Counted from the first letter of the stretch, positions 1 to 9,565 are shown. The stretch is DNA of 64,000 bases from an uncultured Nitrospirales bacterium (GCA_964472655.1 CAYYLQ010000004.1:1912-65911), one strand, 5' to 3'. Numbers and translations are program-made. The notes: generated by a model from the letters alone, not told the origin.

Positions 1-27
1 CGGCTGTTCGAAGAGGAGGATCTTTCC

Positions 28-486
28 GTGGACTACGAAGGACGACGCGTGGGGAAGACCCCGGAAGTCTACCTGACCCGCCGCTACCGGTTTGCGGCCG
101 CCCATCGCCTGCATACGGAGGCGCTGTCGGAGCCGGAGAACCGGCGCGTGTTCGGCAAGTGCAACAACCCGAACGGGCACGGCCACAATTACACGCTGGA
201 AGTCACCGTCCGGGGCGAGATCGTCCCGGAGACGGGCATGGTCACCGACCTGAACCGCCTGGACCGGACGGTGGAAGAGCGGGTCCTCCGGCGGTTCGAC
301 CACCAGCATCTCAACTTCGACGAGGCGTTCGCTGGCAAGACCACGACGGGGGAAAACCTGGTGATGCTGCTGTGGGACCTGCTGGAGAAGGCGGTTCCCG
401 CCGGGACGCTCCACAAAATCGGCCTGATCGAGACGCGGGACAACCACTTCGAATACGCCGGGCCGGCGAAGGAGCGGGTATCGTGA
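28..486 (+). CDS. queD: 6-carboxy-5,6,7,8-tetrahydropterin synthase (QueD / PTPS family)
   Basis: GTG start with GAGGAGGA upstream. 152 aa with RFAAAHRL and [11 protein letters not shown] motifs typical of PTPS/QueD. Sits directly upstream of folE. Confidence 0.85.
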   Translation: MDYEGRRVGKTPEVYLTRRYRFAAAHRLHTEALSEPENRRVFGKCNNPNGHGHNYTLEVTVRGEIVPETGMVTDLNRLDRTVEERVLRRFDHQHLNFDEAFAGKTTTGENLVMLLWDLLEKAVPAGTLHKIGLIETRDNHFEYAGPAKERVS

Positions 487-1088
487 GCGAAAAAAAAGAT
501 CTGGTTGAAACGGACACCGACGAAATCCAGGCGCTCGTGGAGCAGCTGCTCGTCCACTTGGGCGAGAACCCGACGCGCGAGGGCCTGGCGAAGACGCCCG
601 AGCGGGTCGCCAAGGCGTTCCGGTTTTTCACGGAGGGCTACCAGCAGGACGCGGACGAGGTCCTGAACGGAGCGCTGTTTCCCATCGAGTACGACGAAAT
701 GGTGGTGATTCGGGACATCGATTTCTTCAGCCTCTGCGAACACCACCTCCTGCCGTTCTACGGCAAGTGCCATGTCGCCTACCTGCCCAACGGCCGCATC
801 GTGGGGTTGAGCAAGATCCCGCGCCTGGTGGAAGTCTTCAGCCGCCGGCTGCAGGTGCAGGAACGGCTCACCGTGCAGATCGCCGAGGCCCTGCAGCAAA
901 AGCTGAATCCCCAGGGCGTGGCGGTGGTGATGGAGGCCCGCCATCTCTGCATGATGATGCGGGGGGTGGAGACGCCCAACGCTGTCGCCGTGACCAGCTC
1001 CATGCAGGGCGTCTTTCAAAGCCAGCAGCAGACCCGCGAGGAGTTTCTGAATCTGATCCGCCGCAGCGGGCCCGGCAGCGGCGTCTAA
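483..1088 (+). CDS. folE: GTP cyclohydrolase I
   Basis: In-frame GTG at 483 overlaps the queD stop (GTGA). The upstream part of ORF 159..1088 is an Arg/Pro/Gly-rich shadow of queD. Motifs [12 protein letters not shown] and CMMMRGV. Confidence 0.9.
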   Translation: MSEKKDLVETDTDEIQALVEQLLVHLGENPTREGLAKTPERVAKAFRFFTEGYQQDADEVLNGALFPIEYDEMVVIRDIDFFSLCEHHLLPFYGKCHVAYLPNGRIVGLSKIPRLVEVFSRRLQVQERLTVQIAEALQQKLNPQGVAVVMEARHLCMMMRGVETPNAVAVTSSMQGVFQSQQQTREEFLNLIRRSGPGSGV

Positions 1089-1423
1089 TTCTTCAGGATC
1101 AGGGTCTCGATCGCCCGCTCCAGCTCGGCCGCGTCGACCGCCCCCTCTTTTCGTTCGACCAGCTTGCCCCGCGCGTACAGGTGGGTCGTCGGGTAGGTTT
1201 CGAAAAAATACCGCTTCTTGATTTCCCGGCAGGCGCCCGGCACGTGCATCTTGGCCTTGCCGAAGCGCACGCGGCCGTTCAGCTTCGGCGCGAGGTCGGC
1301 CAGCACGCCGTCCATGAGGGCGCAGCCCTCGCAGTTGGCGATGCCGAAGACCACCACCGCCGCGGGGCTGGTCGCGTACTCGTCGATCGTGGCGTCCGTG
1401 ACGTTGCCGATCAGCTCGTCCAT
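1085..1423 (-). CDS. thioredoxin-fold protein (CxxC = CEGC)
   Basis: 112 aa, ATG start, FGIANCEGC redox motif. Adjacent to a peroxiredoxin gene on the same strand. Confidence 0.6.
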   Translation of the reverse strand: MDELIGNVTDATIDEYATSPAAVVVFGIANCEGCALMDGVLADLAPKLNGRVRFGKAKMHVPGACREIKKRYFFETYPTTHLYARGKLVERKEGAVDAAELERAIETLILKN

Positions 1424-1475
1424 GTGTATCAGGCGGGAACGGGAGCCGCTCGCTGAGCGGCCCCCGTGAAGATCG

Positions 1476-1952
1476 CTATTTCAGTTTCTTGAGGGCTTCC
1501 AGGATGTCCTTGTCGTCGCGCGCGACCTTGATCTCCTGGACCTTCACGTAGGCCACCTTGCCGTTCTTGTCCACGATCACGGTCGCCCGCTTGCCGCAGT
1601 TCAGCGGCTCGAAGTACAGGCCGTACTTCTTCACCACGTCGCGGTTGAAGTCCGCGAGGAGCTGCTGCTTGAGGCCGAGGGCGTCGGCCCAGGCCTTGTG
1701 GGAGAAGAAGCTGTCGGTGCTGATCCCGAACACGACGGCGTTCAGCCCGTCGAACTTCGGGAAGTCGTCGGTCAGGCATTTGTTCTCCCCCGTGCAGACC
1801 GGGCTCCAGTCCAGGGGATAGAAGGCCAGCACGACGTTCTTCTTGCCCCGAAAGCTGCTCAGCGTGACGTCTTTTTGATCCTGGTCTTTCAACGTGAAAT
1901 CAGGGGCGGTATCGCCCACTGCGATCTCTTTCGCCACTTCTTGTACGGCCAC
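1476..1952 (-). CDS. peroxiredoxin (AhpC/TSA, Bcp-like)
   Basis: GTG start preceded by [17 protein letters not shown] peroxidatic-Cys motif. 158 aa. Confidence 0.85.
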   Translation of the reverse strand: MAVQEVAKEIAVGDTAPDFTLKDQDQKDVTLSSFRGKKNVVLAFYPLDWSPVCTGENKCLTDDFPKFDGLNAVVFGISTDSFFSHKAWADALGLKQQLLADFNRDVVKKYGLYFEPLNCGKRATVIVDKNGKVAYVKVQEIKVARDDKDILEALKKLK

Positions 1953-2069
1953 GGCAACCTCCCTCGTAAAATATATTGATGATTGGGTTTTGTCGGCGAA
2001 CGCGGAGCCATTGACCTAACACAGCCTTTCCGAGTTTGTCAACCGGCCCGGCCTCTGGTATTCTCGGTC

Positions 2070-3350
2070 ATGGACCTCTTCGCCACGTCGGATGAGGAGT
2101 CCCGCGTCCGGGGGCCGCTGGCGGAACGGATGCGGCCCAGGACGCTCGACGAAGTGGCCGGGCAGGACGAGATTCTGGCTCCCGGCCGCCCTCTGCGAAC
2201 GGCCATCGAGCAGGACACCCTCACGTCCCTGATCCTCTGGGGGCCTCCCGGCAGCGGGAAGACCTCGCTCGCGCGCCTGATCGCCGCCCATACCAAGGCC
2301 CAGTTCGAGCCCTTCTCGGCCGCGACCAGCGGGCTGCCGGAGCTGCGCCGGATCATCAAGCTCGCGGAGCAGCGGCGCGCGGTCAAGGGGCAGCGGACCA
2401 TCCTGTTCGTGGACGAGATCCACCGGTTCAACAAGGCCCAGCAGGACGCCTTTCTCCCGCACGTCGAGTCCGGCACGGTCACGCTCATCGGCGCCACCAC
2501 GGAAAACCCGTCGTTCGAAGTGGTCAGCCCGCTGCTCTCGCGGTCGCTGGTCGTCGTCCTCCAGCCGCTGTCGGAGCAGGCCCTGGCGAAGATCATCGAG
2601 CGGGCGTTGAAGGATCAGGACCGGGGCCTGGGAAAATACCGAGTGGAGCTCGAAGCCGACGCCCTGCTCAACCTCGTCGCCTTCGCCAACGGGGACGCTC
2701 GCGTCGCGCTCAACGCGCTGGAGTTCGCCGTCCTTCACCAGGCGCCGGGGCCCGGCGGCGGCGTCCATCTGAACGCGCCCGCGCTCGCCGAAGCGCTGCA
2801 GAAGAAGAGCCTGCGCTACGACAAGGGCGGGGAGGAACATTACAATCTCATCTCGGCCTTCATCAAGAGCCTGCGTGATTCGGACCCGGACGGCGCGCTC
2901 TACTGGATGGCCCGGATGCTGGAGGCGGGCGAGTCGCCGCGCTTCATCGCCCGACGGATGGTGATCCTGGCGTCCGAGGACGTCGGCAACGCCGATCCCA
3001 TGGCCATCGTGGTCGCGACGGCTGTCGCGCACGCGGTGGAGTTCATCGGCCTGCCCGAATGCAAGTTGAACCTGGCCCAAGGCGTGACGTACCTGGCGAC
3101 CTGTCCCAAGGACAATGCGTCGTACAAGGGATTGCTCGAAGCCGAGAAGGACGCCGAGGAGCACGGCAACCTGCCGGTGCCGCTGCACTTGCGGAACGCG
3201 CCGACCGACCTGATGCGCAATCTGGGCTACGGGAAGGACTACCGTTACGTGCACGACGACCCGTCGGCGAAGACCGAGCAGACCCACCTGCCGGAGAAGC
3301 TGGGAAAGAAGAAATACTACAAGCCGAAGAAATCGAAAAAAGATTTGTGA
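2070..3350 (+). CDS. rarA: replication-associated recombination protein A (AAA+ ATPase)
   Basis: Walker A GPPGSGKTS, FVDEIHRFNK, conserved MgsA C-terminal region. I chose the internal ATG at 2070 (MDLFATS...). Confidence 0.9.
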   Translation: MDLFATSDEESRVRGPLAERMRPRTLDEVAGQDEILAPGRPLRTAIEQDTLTSLILWGPPGSGKTSLARLIAAHTKAQFEPFSAATSGLPELRRIIKLAEQRRAVKGQRTILFVDEIHRFNKAQQDAFLPHVESGTVTLIGATTENPSFEVVSPLLSRSLVVVLQPLSEQALAKIIERALKDQDRGLGKYRVELEADALLNLVAFANGDARVALNALEFAVLHQAPGPGGGVHLNAPALAEALQKKSLRYDKGGEEHYNLISAFIKSLRDSDPDGALYWMARMLEAGESPRFIARRMVILASEDVGNADPMAIVVATAVAHAVEFIGLPECKLNLAQGVTYLATCPKDNASYKGLLEAEKDAEEHGNLPVPLHLRNAPTDLMRNLGYGKDYRYVHDDPSAKTEQTHLPEKLGKKKYYKPKKSKKDL

Positions 3351-3368
3351 GCGGGGCAGGCCCCCCGC
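3351..3368. terminator. GC-rich hairpin between convergent rarA and the ABC-F gene
   Basis: GCGGGG-cagg-CCCCCCGC lies immediately after the rarA TGA and before the ABC-F stop. No clear U-tract. Confidence 0.4.
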
Positions 3369-3369
3369 C

Positions 3370-5235
3370 TTAGTTGGCTTCCAATTCCTTGAGCCGGGCC
3401 CGCAGCTTCTCCGCTTCCTCGCAGCACTCCGCCCACTGCCCGGTCAGGACCGACTGGTCCTTGACCCACTGCTCCCGCTCCTGCATCAAGGCGGTCCAGC
3501 GCACGTGGTCTTGGTAGAGGTCCGGGCAGGCCAGCTCCTTGTCGCGGGCCTGGATTTTCTCGTCGTTGGCGGCGATCTCGCCTTCGAGCTTGGCGATCCG
3601 GCGTTCGGCGCGGGCCAAGGCCTTCGTCGCGTCCTTGCGTTCGACCGTCCGGCTCTTCCCGCGTTGTTCGGATGCCCGCGCGCGGGGGGCCTCGGTCGGC
3701 GCCGCCCTGGCGGGCTTCGGAGCCGGCGGCGCGGACGTCTGCGCCTCCGGCGCGCCCTTGATGGAGTCCATTTCCTGCATCTTCTTCCAGAGGTAGTACT
3801 CGTAGTCGCCGTGGTAGTCCCGCGCCAGGCCCTCCTCGATCTCCACGACGCGGGTCGACACGCGGGTGAGGAAGATCGGGTCGTGCGAGATGAAGACGAG
3901 CGTGCCGGGGAATGCCACGAGGGCGTCGGTCAGCACGTCCACCGAGGCGGGGTCGAGGTGGTTCGTCGGCTCGTCCAACAAGAGCGTGTTCGCCGGCTTC
4001 ACGAGCATGCGGGCCAGAGCCACGCGGTTCCGCTCGCCGCCGCTCAGCACCTTGACCGGCTTTTTCTGGTTGGCGCCTTCGAAGAGGAACGCGCCGGCCA
4101 GGCCGCGGATGAAGTTCATCTCGGCGCCCGAGTCCGCCTCCGCGATGGATTCCAGGACGGTATGCTCGGCGTCCAGAATGTCGGCCTGGTGCTGGGCGAA
4201 GTAATGCAGCGTCACGCCGTGGCCGACCGTCCGCGTCCCGGCGTCGGCGGGGAGGACGCCCGCCAGCATCTTCAAGAGCGTGCTCTTGCCCGCGCCGTTC
4301 TCGCCGACGAGCGCGATGCGCTGATTGCGCTCGACGGAGAAATTGAGCGAGCGGTACACGACGTTGTCGCCGTAGGCCTTGGCGACGCCCGCGAGTTCCA
4401 GCACCTGGCGGCCCGAGGCGGGCGGAACGGGGAAGCGGAACCGCACGCGCTTGGGGTCGCGCGTCCGCTCGATCCGCTTGATCTTCTCCAGCTGCTTGAG
4501 CCGGGACTGGACCTGGCGGGCCTTGGTGGCCTGGTAGCGGAACCGGTCCACGAATTTCTGCACCCGCCCGAGCTCCTTGTCCTGGCGGTCGGCGGCAGCC
4601 TCCTGCGCGGCCTCGTACGCCTCGCGCCAGGCGAGGTACTTCGTGTAGTTGCCCTTGGACTCCATGATCCGCTGGTGGCGGATCTCCCAGACGTGCGTGG
4701 CGATGCGGTCGAGGAACTTCGTGTCGTGGCTGATGACGATCATCGTGAAGTCGGACTGGAGCAGGAAGTCCTCGAACCAGCGCTGGGTGGCCTTGTCGAG
4801 GTGGTTGGTCGGCTCGTCCAGGAGGATGACGTCGGGGGCCGACAGCAGCAGGTGCGCCAGGGCGACCCTCATCCGGAACCCGCCGGAGAGCTCCGCGATC
4901 GGCCTGGTGAAGTCGGCTTCCGAGAAGCCGAGGCCGGAGAGAATGCGCTTGGCCTCGTGCTCCGGATGCTGATTGCGGTGCGTGGCATCCAACGCCGTGT
5001 GGCCGGGGATGGTCTCGAGGTCTTGCGGCAGGTAGCCGATCCGCAGGCGCGGGCGCTTGCGGATGCGGCCGCCGTCGAGCTCCTGCTCGCCCAGGATCAG
5101 CCGGAGGAGCGTCGTCTTGCCGACGCCGTTGGGGCCGACCAGGCCGACGCGGCTGCCGGGACGCAGGTGGGCCGTGGCCTCCTTGAGCAGGGCCTTGGTG
5201 GCGAAGTGCTTGCTGACGGCTTCGAGCTGGAGCAT
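3370..5235 (-). CDS. ABC-F family ATPase (Uup/YheS-like, no membrane domain)
   Basis: Two cassettes (GPNGVGKTT/LSGGFRMR and [17 protein letters not shown]). Charged C-terminal coiled-coil tail. 621 aa. Confidence 0.85.
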   Translation of the reverse strand: MLQLEAVSKHFATKALLKEATAHLRPGSRVGLVGPNGVGKTTLLRLILGEQELDGGRIRKRPRLRIGYLPQDLETIPGHTALDATHRNQHPEHEAKRILSGLGFSEADFTRPIAELSGGFRMRVALAHLLLSAPDVILLDEPTNHLDKATQRWFEDFLLQSDFTMIVISHDTKFLDRIATHVWEIRHQRIMESKGNYTKYLAWREAYEAAQEAAADRQDKELGRVQKFVDRFRYQATKARQVQSRLKQLEKIKRIERTRDPKRVRFRFPVPPASGRQVLELAGVAKAYGDNVVYRSLNFSVERNQRIALVGENGAGKSTLLKMLAGVLPADAGTRTVGHGVTLHYFAQHQADILDAEHTVLESIAEADSGAEMNFIRGLAGAFLFEGANQKKPVKVLSGGERNRVALARMLVKPANTLLLDEPTNHLDPASVDVLTDALVAFPGTLVFISHDPIFLTRVSTRVVEIEEGLARDYHGDYEYYLWKKMQEMDSIKGAPEAQTSAPPAPKPARAAPTEAPRARASEQRGKSRTVERKDATKALARAERRIAKLEGEIAANDEKIQARDKELACPDLYQDHVRWTALMQEREQWVKDQSVLTGQWAECCEEAEKLRARLKELEAN

Positions 5236-5274
5236 GGCGATTGATTCAGGGTAACGGTTGCTGGAAGTGCGGCG

Positions 5275-6054
5275 TCAGCTCTTGATGCCGGTGGCGATGG
5301 TCAGCAGCATCGCGGTCACGTACATGAGGCTCATGCCGGCGAAGACGCCCGAGGCCGTCTGCACCCGCCGCGTGGCCGTGTAGAAGATTGTCACGAGCGA
5401 GAAGATCACGAACAGCAGCGATCCGGCCGCCAGGGCGTAAGCGGCGATCGTGAAATAGGGAGAAACCGCCAGGCCGCTGATGACCGCCCCCAGGCAGGTC
5501 GGCGCGCCGGCCACGAAGCCCATCAGGACGGCCTCTTTGAAGGGCAGGCGTGTCTTTCCCGCCGCCGCGATGATGGCGAACCCCTCCGTGCCGTTATGGA
5601 TCGCAAACCCTCCGACCAGCAGCCCGCTCAGGGTCCAGGCCCCCTGGGCGTAGCTGGCCCCGATGGCCAGGCCCTCTCCGAGATTGTGCAGGCCCAGGCC
5701 CAGCGCGATCATGTAGGGGAGGAAAAGGCCGGGGGACGGTGCCGGCCGGTTGCGCCCCTGTTGCTGCTGCTCCAACGCGACCAGGCCGACGAAGCCGATG
5801 AGCACGCTGCCGAGGAAGACGAGCCACGAGAGCGGGTCCTGCGCCCTTGTTTGCTCGACGGCTTCATGCATGAGGTCGAAGAAAAGATAGACCAGGATGC
5901 CGGTCGAGATGCCCGTGAGGAAGCTTTCCCATGACCGGCTCGCTATTTTCTGGGCGAGCAGGGCGGCGGCGATCCCGGCGTAAATCGGGATGACGCCCGC
6001 GATGCCGCCGAGCCCGATCAACTGCCCGACGTTGTCCATGCCTCCGTGCTCCAT
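5275..6054 (-). CDS. ZIP family divalent-metal transporter (ZupT-like)
   Basis: Multi-pass membrane protein with HNLGEGLAIG and HNGTEGFAI metal-site motifs. Start is uncertain: ATG 6054 is preferred over TTG 6075. Confidence 0.75.
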   Translation of the reverse strand: MEHGGMDNVGQLIGLGGIAGVIPIYAGIAAALLAQKIASRSWESFLTGISTGILVYLFFDLMHEAVEQTRAQDPLSWLVFLGSVLIGFVGLVALEQQQQGRNRPAPSPGLFLPYMIALGLGLHNLGEGLAIGASYAQGAWTLSGLLVGGFAIHNGTEGFAIIAAAGKTRLPFKEAVLMGFVAGAPTCLGAVISGLAVSPYFTIAAYALAAGSLLFVIFSLVTIFYTATRRVQTASGVFAGMSLMYVTAMLLTIATGIKS

Positions 6055-6158
6055 GATTTTGAAAACTGTTCTCAATATACCGGAGCAGCAGCGGCTCTGT
6101 CAAGGCCGGTCTCCCGGCGAGAGGGCGATGCCTTGGAATCAGTGGGTTGGGTTGGGTT

Positions 6159-6234
6159 TGGTGGAGCTGGCGGGGATTGAACCCGCGACCTTCAGACTGC
6201 CAGTCTGACGCGCTCCCAACTGCGCTACAGCCCC
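6159..6234 (-). tRNA. tRNA-Ala (anticodon GGC)
   Basis: Reverse complement reads GGGGCTGTAGCGCAG...CTGGCAG loop...GGTTCAATCCCCGCCAGCTCCACCA. G3:U70 pair present, CCA encoded. Confidence 0.9.
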
Positions 6235-6245
6235 ACTCGGCAGGC

Positions 6246-6275
6246 ATCTTAACATTCACTTTTTCTTCGAGTCAA
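6246..6275 (-). promoter_or_regulatory. sigma70-like promoter of tRNA-Ala
   Basis: Minus strand reads TTGACT-N18-TAAGAT. The -10 ends 11 nt before the mature tRNA 5' end. Other tRNA genes here share this geometry. Confidence 0.4.
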
Positions 6276-6305
6276 CTAAGCCTGACGCGTGACAGAGGTT
6301 GTTTG

Positions 6306-6334
6306 TTGACAATAGCCGGAGAGGTGCCTAGACT
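6306..6334 (+). promoter_or_regulatory. candidate promoter of purA
   Basis: TTGACA-N17-TAGACT, about 70 nt upstream of the purA ATG. Confidence 0.3.
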
Positions 6335-6401
6335 TGAACGCCATGGGAGCTCTGGACCATTCGGGACAGGGCTCTTTTCGTGTCGGGAGGATGCAGGAGC
6401 G

Positions 6402-7709
6402 ATGGGCGTGTTGGTGGTGGTCGGCACCCAATGGGGCGACGAAGGCAAGGGCAAGATCGTGGACCTGTTGGCGCGGGACGCCGACATGGTCGTGCGCTAC
6501 CAGGGCGGGTCCAACGCCGGCCACACGGTGGTGAAGGGCGGGCAGAAGTACGTCTTCAAGCTGATCCCGTCGGGGGTGCTCTACCGCGGCACGGCCTGCG
6601 TGATCGGCAACGGCGTGGTCGTGGACCCGGCGGACCTGATCGCGGAGATGGACGAGCTGAAGGCCAAGGGCGTGCGGGCCGACCGGAATCTCTTCATCAG
6701 CCAGGCCGCGCACGTGATCATGCCGTACCACAAGGCCATCGAGAAGGCGAGCGAGACCCACAAGGGCGGGCGGCGTATCGGGACGACCGGCCGCGGCATC
6801 GGCCCGGCCTACGTGGACAAGATGGCCCGGATCGGGATCCGCATGGGCGACCTGCTGGACCCGCCGTACTTCCGCCAGCAACTGGAGGACAACGTCGCCG
6901 AGACGAACGCCTTGCTGGAGACGCTCTACCAGGCGCCGGGATTCGCGGCGGAGAAGATTTTCCAGGACTACCTGCGCTATGCCGAGCGGCTGAAGGACAT
7001 GATCGTGGACACGGGCCTGCTGGTGCATCAGGCCGTCGCCAAGGGGAAGAAGGTTGTGCTGGAGGGCGCGCAGGGCACGCACCTGGACGTGGACCACGGC
7101 ACCTATCCCTACGTCACCTCGTCGAGCGCGGCGGCCGGCGGCGCCTGCACGGGCACGGGCGTGGGGCCGACGGCCGTGGACGCCGTGCTGGGGATCGCCA
7201 AGGCCTACACGACCCGCGTGGGGAGCGGGCCCTTTCCCACCGAGCTGACCGGCGAGATCGGCGCCTTGTTGCAGAAGCGCGGCAACGAATTCGGCGCCGT
7301 CACCGGCCGGGAGCGCCGCTGCGGCTGGTACGACGCGGTCCTGGTCCGCTACGCGGTCCGGGTGAACGGGCTGACGTCGCTGGGCATCACGAAGCTGGAC
7401 GTCCTGGACGGTGTCGGCGAGATCAGGCTCTGCACGGGCTACACATTCAAGGGCAAGAAGCTGACCGCCGCGCCGTTGGATGTGGCGATGCTGGGGGCCT
7501 GCGAGCCACAGTATGAAACGTGGCCGGGCTGGACCACGTCCACGACGAGCGTGAAGGCCTATCGCGACCTGCCCAAGGAGGCGCGCCGCTACCTGGCGCG
7601 GCTGGAAGAGCTGGCCGAGTGCCCGATCGACATCGTCTCGACCGGCGCCAGGCGGGAAGAGACGGTCGTGCTCCGCAATCCGCTGCTCCGCGCCAGACGC
7701 AAACGTTGA
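6402..7709 (+). CDS. purA: adenylosuccinate synthetase
   Basis: MGVLVVVGTQWGDEGKGK N-terminus, full-length family match by eye. The upstream part of the ORF overlaps tRNA-Ala and is rejected. Confidence 0.95.
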   Translation: MGVLVVVGTQWGDEGKGKIVDLLARDADMVVRYQGGSNAGHTVVKGGQKYVFKLIPSGVLYRGTACVIGNGVVVDPADLIAEMDELKAKGVRADRNLFISQAAHVIMPYHKAIEKASETHKGGRRIGTTGRGIGPAYVDKMARIGIRMGDLLDPPYFRQQLEDNVAETNALLETLYQAPGFAAEKIFQDYLRYAERLKDMIVDTGLLVHQAVAKGKKVVLEGAQGTHLDVDHGTYPYVTSSSAAAGGACTGTGVGPTAVDAVLGIAKAYTTRVGSGPFPTELTGEIGALLQKRGNEFGAVTGRERRCGWYDAVLVRYAVRVNGLTSLGITKLDVLDGVGEIRLCTGYTFKGKKLTAAPLDVAMLGACEPQYETWPGWTTSTTSVKAYRDLPKEARRYLARLEELAECPIDIVSTGARREETVVLRNPLLRARRKR

Positions 7710-7734
7710 ACGCCTTCCGGGGCTGTGCTAAGTT
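7706..7734 (+). promoter_or_regulatory. sigma70-like promoter of tRNA-Lys
   Basis: TTGAAC-N17-TAAGTT. The -10 ends 11 nt before the tRNA 5' end. The -35 overlaps the purA stop. Confidence 0.4.
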
Positions 7735-7745
7735 CCCGTGAGGTC

Positions 7746-7821
7746 GAGCCGGTAGCTCAGTCGGTAGAGCATCGCCCTTTTAAGGCGAGGGCCGTGGGTT
7801 CGAGTCCCACCCGGCTCACCA
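7746..7821 (+). tRNA. tRNA-Lys (anticodon UUU)
   Basis: GAGCCGGTAGCTCAGTCGGTAGAGC..., anticodon loop CTTTTAA, GGGTTCGAGTCCCAC T-arm, CCA encoded. Confidence 0.9.
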
Positions 7822-9565
7822 CAAATCCCTCCACACTTTCCGACCTCACCCCACCCCTGTATCTTTTTCGATTCACCTCACATCACCTTCAATTTTCTCC
7901 TGCATGACTTTACGGAGGAGGAGTGGTAGGATTCGAGGACGGAATGAAGAGTGTTGATAAGGGGAGCTAGTTATCAAGTGAGAAAGTGAGGGTAAGTGTT
8001 ATGCCCTACTCGAGATTTGGACAGGTAGTATAGGTCGTGTATGCTCGCAGACGATGATTTTCCTGTTATTTTTCTCGGAGTAGCCGACTACATTCCGCCC
8101 AATCAGGGACCACATCCCTACAACCCTATCGACATATTCCAGCTCTCAAAATTTAAAAGACATCTTATTTTCCCCGTTTCTTTCAAAGGTACATACTGGC
8201 TGTTCCTCTTAAGCGAAAAGTTGTTAGACGCTTCGCCAATGCCATCAATGAAAGTGCGTATTCGCAATAACAAAGGGGAAGAATTGTTAAAAATCGAAAT
8301 GAAGTTAGCTTCAAGATTCGGACCCGCTGAACAAATTTCATCAGATCCTTCTACCGGCCCTCAGCCTTCGCCTGTTAGTTCGCCCAGTTCTTTGGCATCG
8401 ACTCCGGCTTCGTCACAGAGCCAACAGGATACTAGAGTGATAGCACTTCAACCAAATGAAATGATTGCTCCTAAAGGGGTTGGTTGGATCTTAGTCACAG
8501 TCCCTTTTCATGATGATGCAGTAATGATCGAGCCCGGAAAACTTACCATTGAGGTGGAGTTAAACGAAAAATCAGGCACGATTGGGGAAATGCATTATCT
8601 TTATCACAAGGTGCCCCCCTTCACGCCAGAGACTATTAAAGCAATAGAATCTAACCTTACGTCTGTTAGAGCAGTAATAGCACAAATCGGCTGCAAGCAT
8701 TGCACAAGTTTACTTAAAACCTATGCTGCACTACAGAAAGACTCTGACTTGGAAAGAGACGGCCATATTTGGTATTCCGATCTTCCCGAAACACCTTTCA
8801 TTTGCCAGTGCGGAAAATCGAAGCAGCCGCTTCAATACCTAAAGGAGAACTTACATGCCCTTCTCGGGCGAGATAAGCCAGCTTCCAAGCAGGGACATCT
8901 TGATTACGTTAGGCGGTATGCTCACACCGAAGTAATAAAAGTAGTGCAGAGATTTAACGAATTGCTAGACAAACACAAAGACGAAGGAACATTTCAGAAA
9001 TTCATTGAAGAGAACCCGCTCATGTTAGCAATGTTTCACTCGAAAGCGCTTTTTGTTAAACCTAACATACTTGGAAAATTTCAGCCAGATTTCGCCGTAT
9101 TTGATACAAGCAACAGGCTCATATTTATTGAACTAGAAAGGCCCAGCATGAACCTCTTCAAGAAGGATGGTCATCCAACCGCTGACTTATGGCATGCCTA
9201 TGGTCAAGTCGAAGACTGGCTACATGAGTATGAAAAACACCCTGCAGCAGTATTGGAGGCGCTAAAGTTGACTCAAGAAAAAGTAATGGCGGTAAACGGA
9301 GCTGTGATTGCTGGCAGAAGCAGGGGTCAAAACCCAGCACATATCAAACGCCATATGTCCAATCCTGCATACGCCCGCATCCAATTTTTAACACTAGATG
9401 ACCTTTCATCCGCCTTACAGCAGATATCCAAGCAACTAGCTTAAGGATAAAGGCCGACAGAAATCGGTAAGATGCGTTGGTTACATTTGGGTATTGCGAA
9501 GAAGTAGACGCTGGTCCCAGTTATCCCCAACGCCGTAGCCTAATACTCTATCAATTGAGCTACCA
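7822..9565. mobile_element. A+T-rich genomic islet abutting the 3' end of tRNA-Lys (no integrase, no att repeat found)
   Basis: Abrupt visible drop in G+C starts at the tRNA end and recovers at about 9560. Contains a single large ORF (8041..9444). Confidence 0.4.
8041..9444 (+). CDS. DUF4263/Shedu (SduA)-like PD-(D/E)xK nuclease-domain protein with a novel N-terminal region
   Basis: 467 aa. The C-terminal ~170 aa reads ENPLMLAMF..GKFQPDFAVFD..RLIFIELERP..LWHAYGQVEDWLHEY..AVIAGRS..IQFLTLDDL, which matches my recollection of DUF4263. The middle has CKHC..(33 aa)..CQC. Residues ~100-130 form a Ser/Pro-rich linker. No obvious RBS at 8041, so the start is uncertain. Confidence 0.6.
   Translation: MLADDDFPVIFLGVADYIPPNQGPHPYNPIDIFQLSKFKRHLIFPVSFKGTYWLFLLSEKLLDASPMPSMKVRIRNNKGEELLKIEMKLASRFGPAEQISSDPSTGPQPSPVSSPSSLASTPASSQSQQDTRVIALQPNEMIAPKGVGWILVTVPFHDDAVMIEPGKLTIEVELNEKSGTIGEMHYLYHKVPPFTPETIKAIESNLTSVRAVIAQIGCKHCTSLLKTYAALQKDSDLERDGHIWYSDLPETPFICQCGKSKQPLQYLKENLHALLGRDKPASKQGHLDYVRRYAHTEVIKVVQRFNELLDKHKDEGTFQKFIEENPLMLAMFHSKALFVKPNILGKFQPDFAVFDTSNRLIFIELERPSMNLFKKDGHPTADLWHAYGQVEDWLHEYEKHPAAVLEALKLTQEKVMAVNGAVIAGRSRGQNPAHIKRHMSNPAYARIQFLTLDDLSSALQQISKQLA

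Noticed and set aside
159-482. The N-terminal 108 codons of ORF 159..1088 would make a 309-aa FolE.
   Set aside because: They overlap queD completely in another frame and are Arg/Pro/Gly-rich. A GTG at 483 gives a normal-length FolE that is translationally coupled to queD.
2016-3287. Many long antisense or alternate-frame ORFs appear across the window. Examples are 2016..3287(-), 3505..5244(+), 10290..11582(-), 16013..16948(-), 36013..37068(-), 37310..38755(+), 41026..42693(-), 53128..54624(+), 32284..33921(+) and 61316..62074(+).
   Set aside because: They are shadow ORFs typical of high-G+C DNA. Their composition is Arg/Gly/Pro/Asp-rich and low in complexity. They show no recognisable motifs, and each is fully overlapped by a gene with strong family signatures.
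7725-7907. A 60-aa ORF spans tRNA-Lys and the start of the islet.
   Set aside because: It is read straight through a tRNA gene, so it is an artefact.
7954-7977. Inverted repeat TTGATAA-N10-TTATCAA lies about 65 nt upstream of the Shedu-like ORF. It could be an operator.
   Set aside because: The arms are only 7 bp and lie in A+T-rich DNA, so significance is low. There is no second copy and no adjacent regulator gene.
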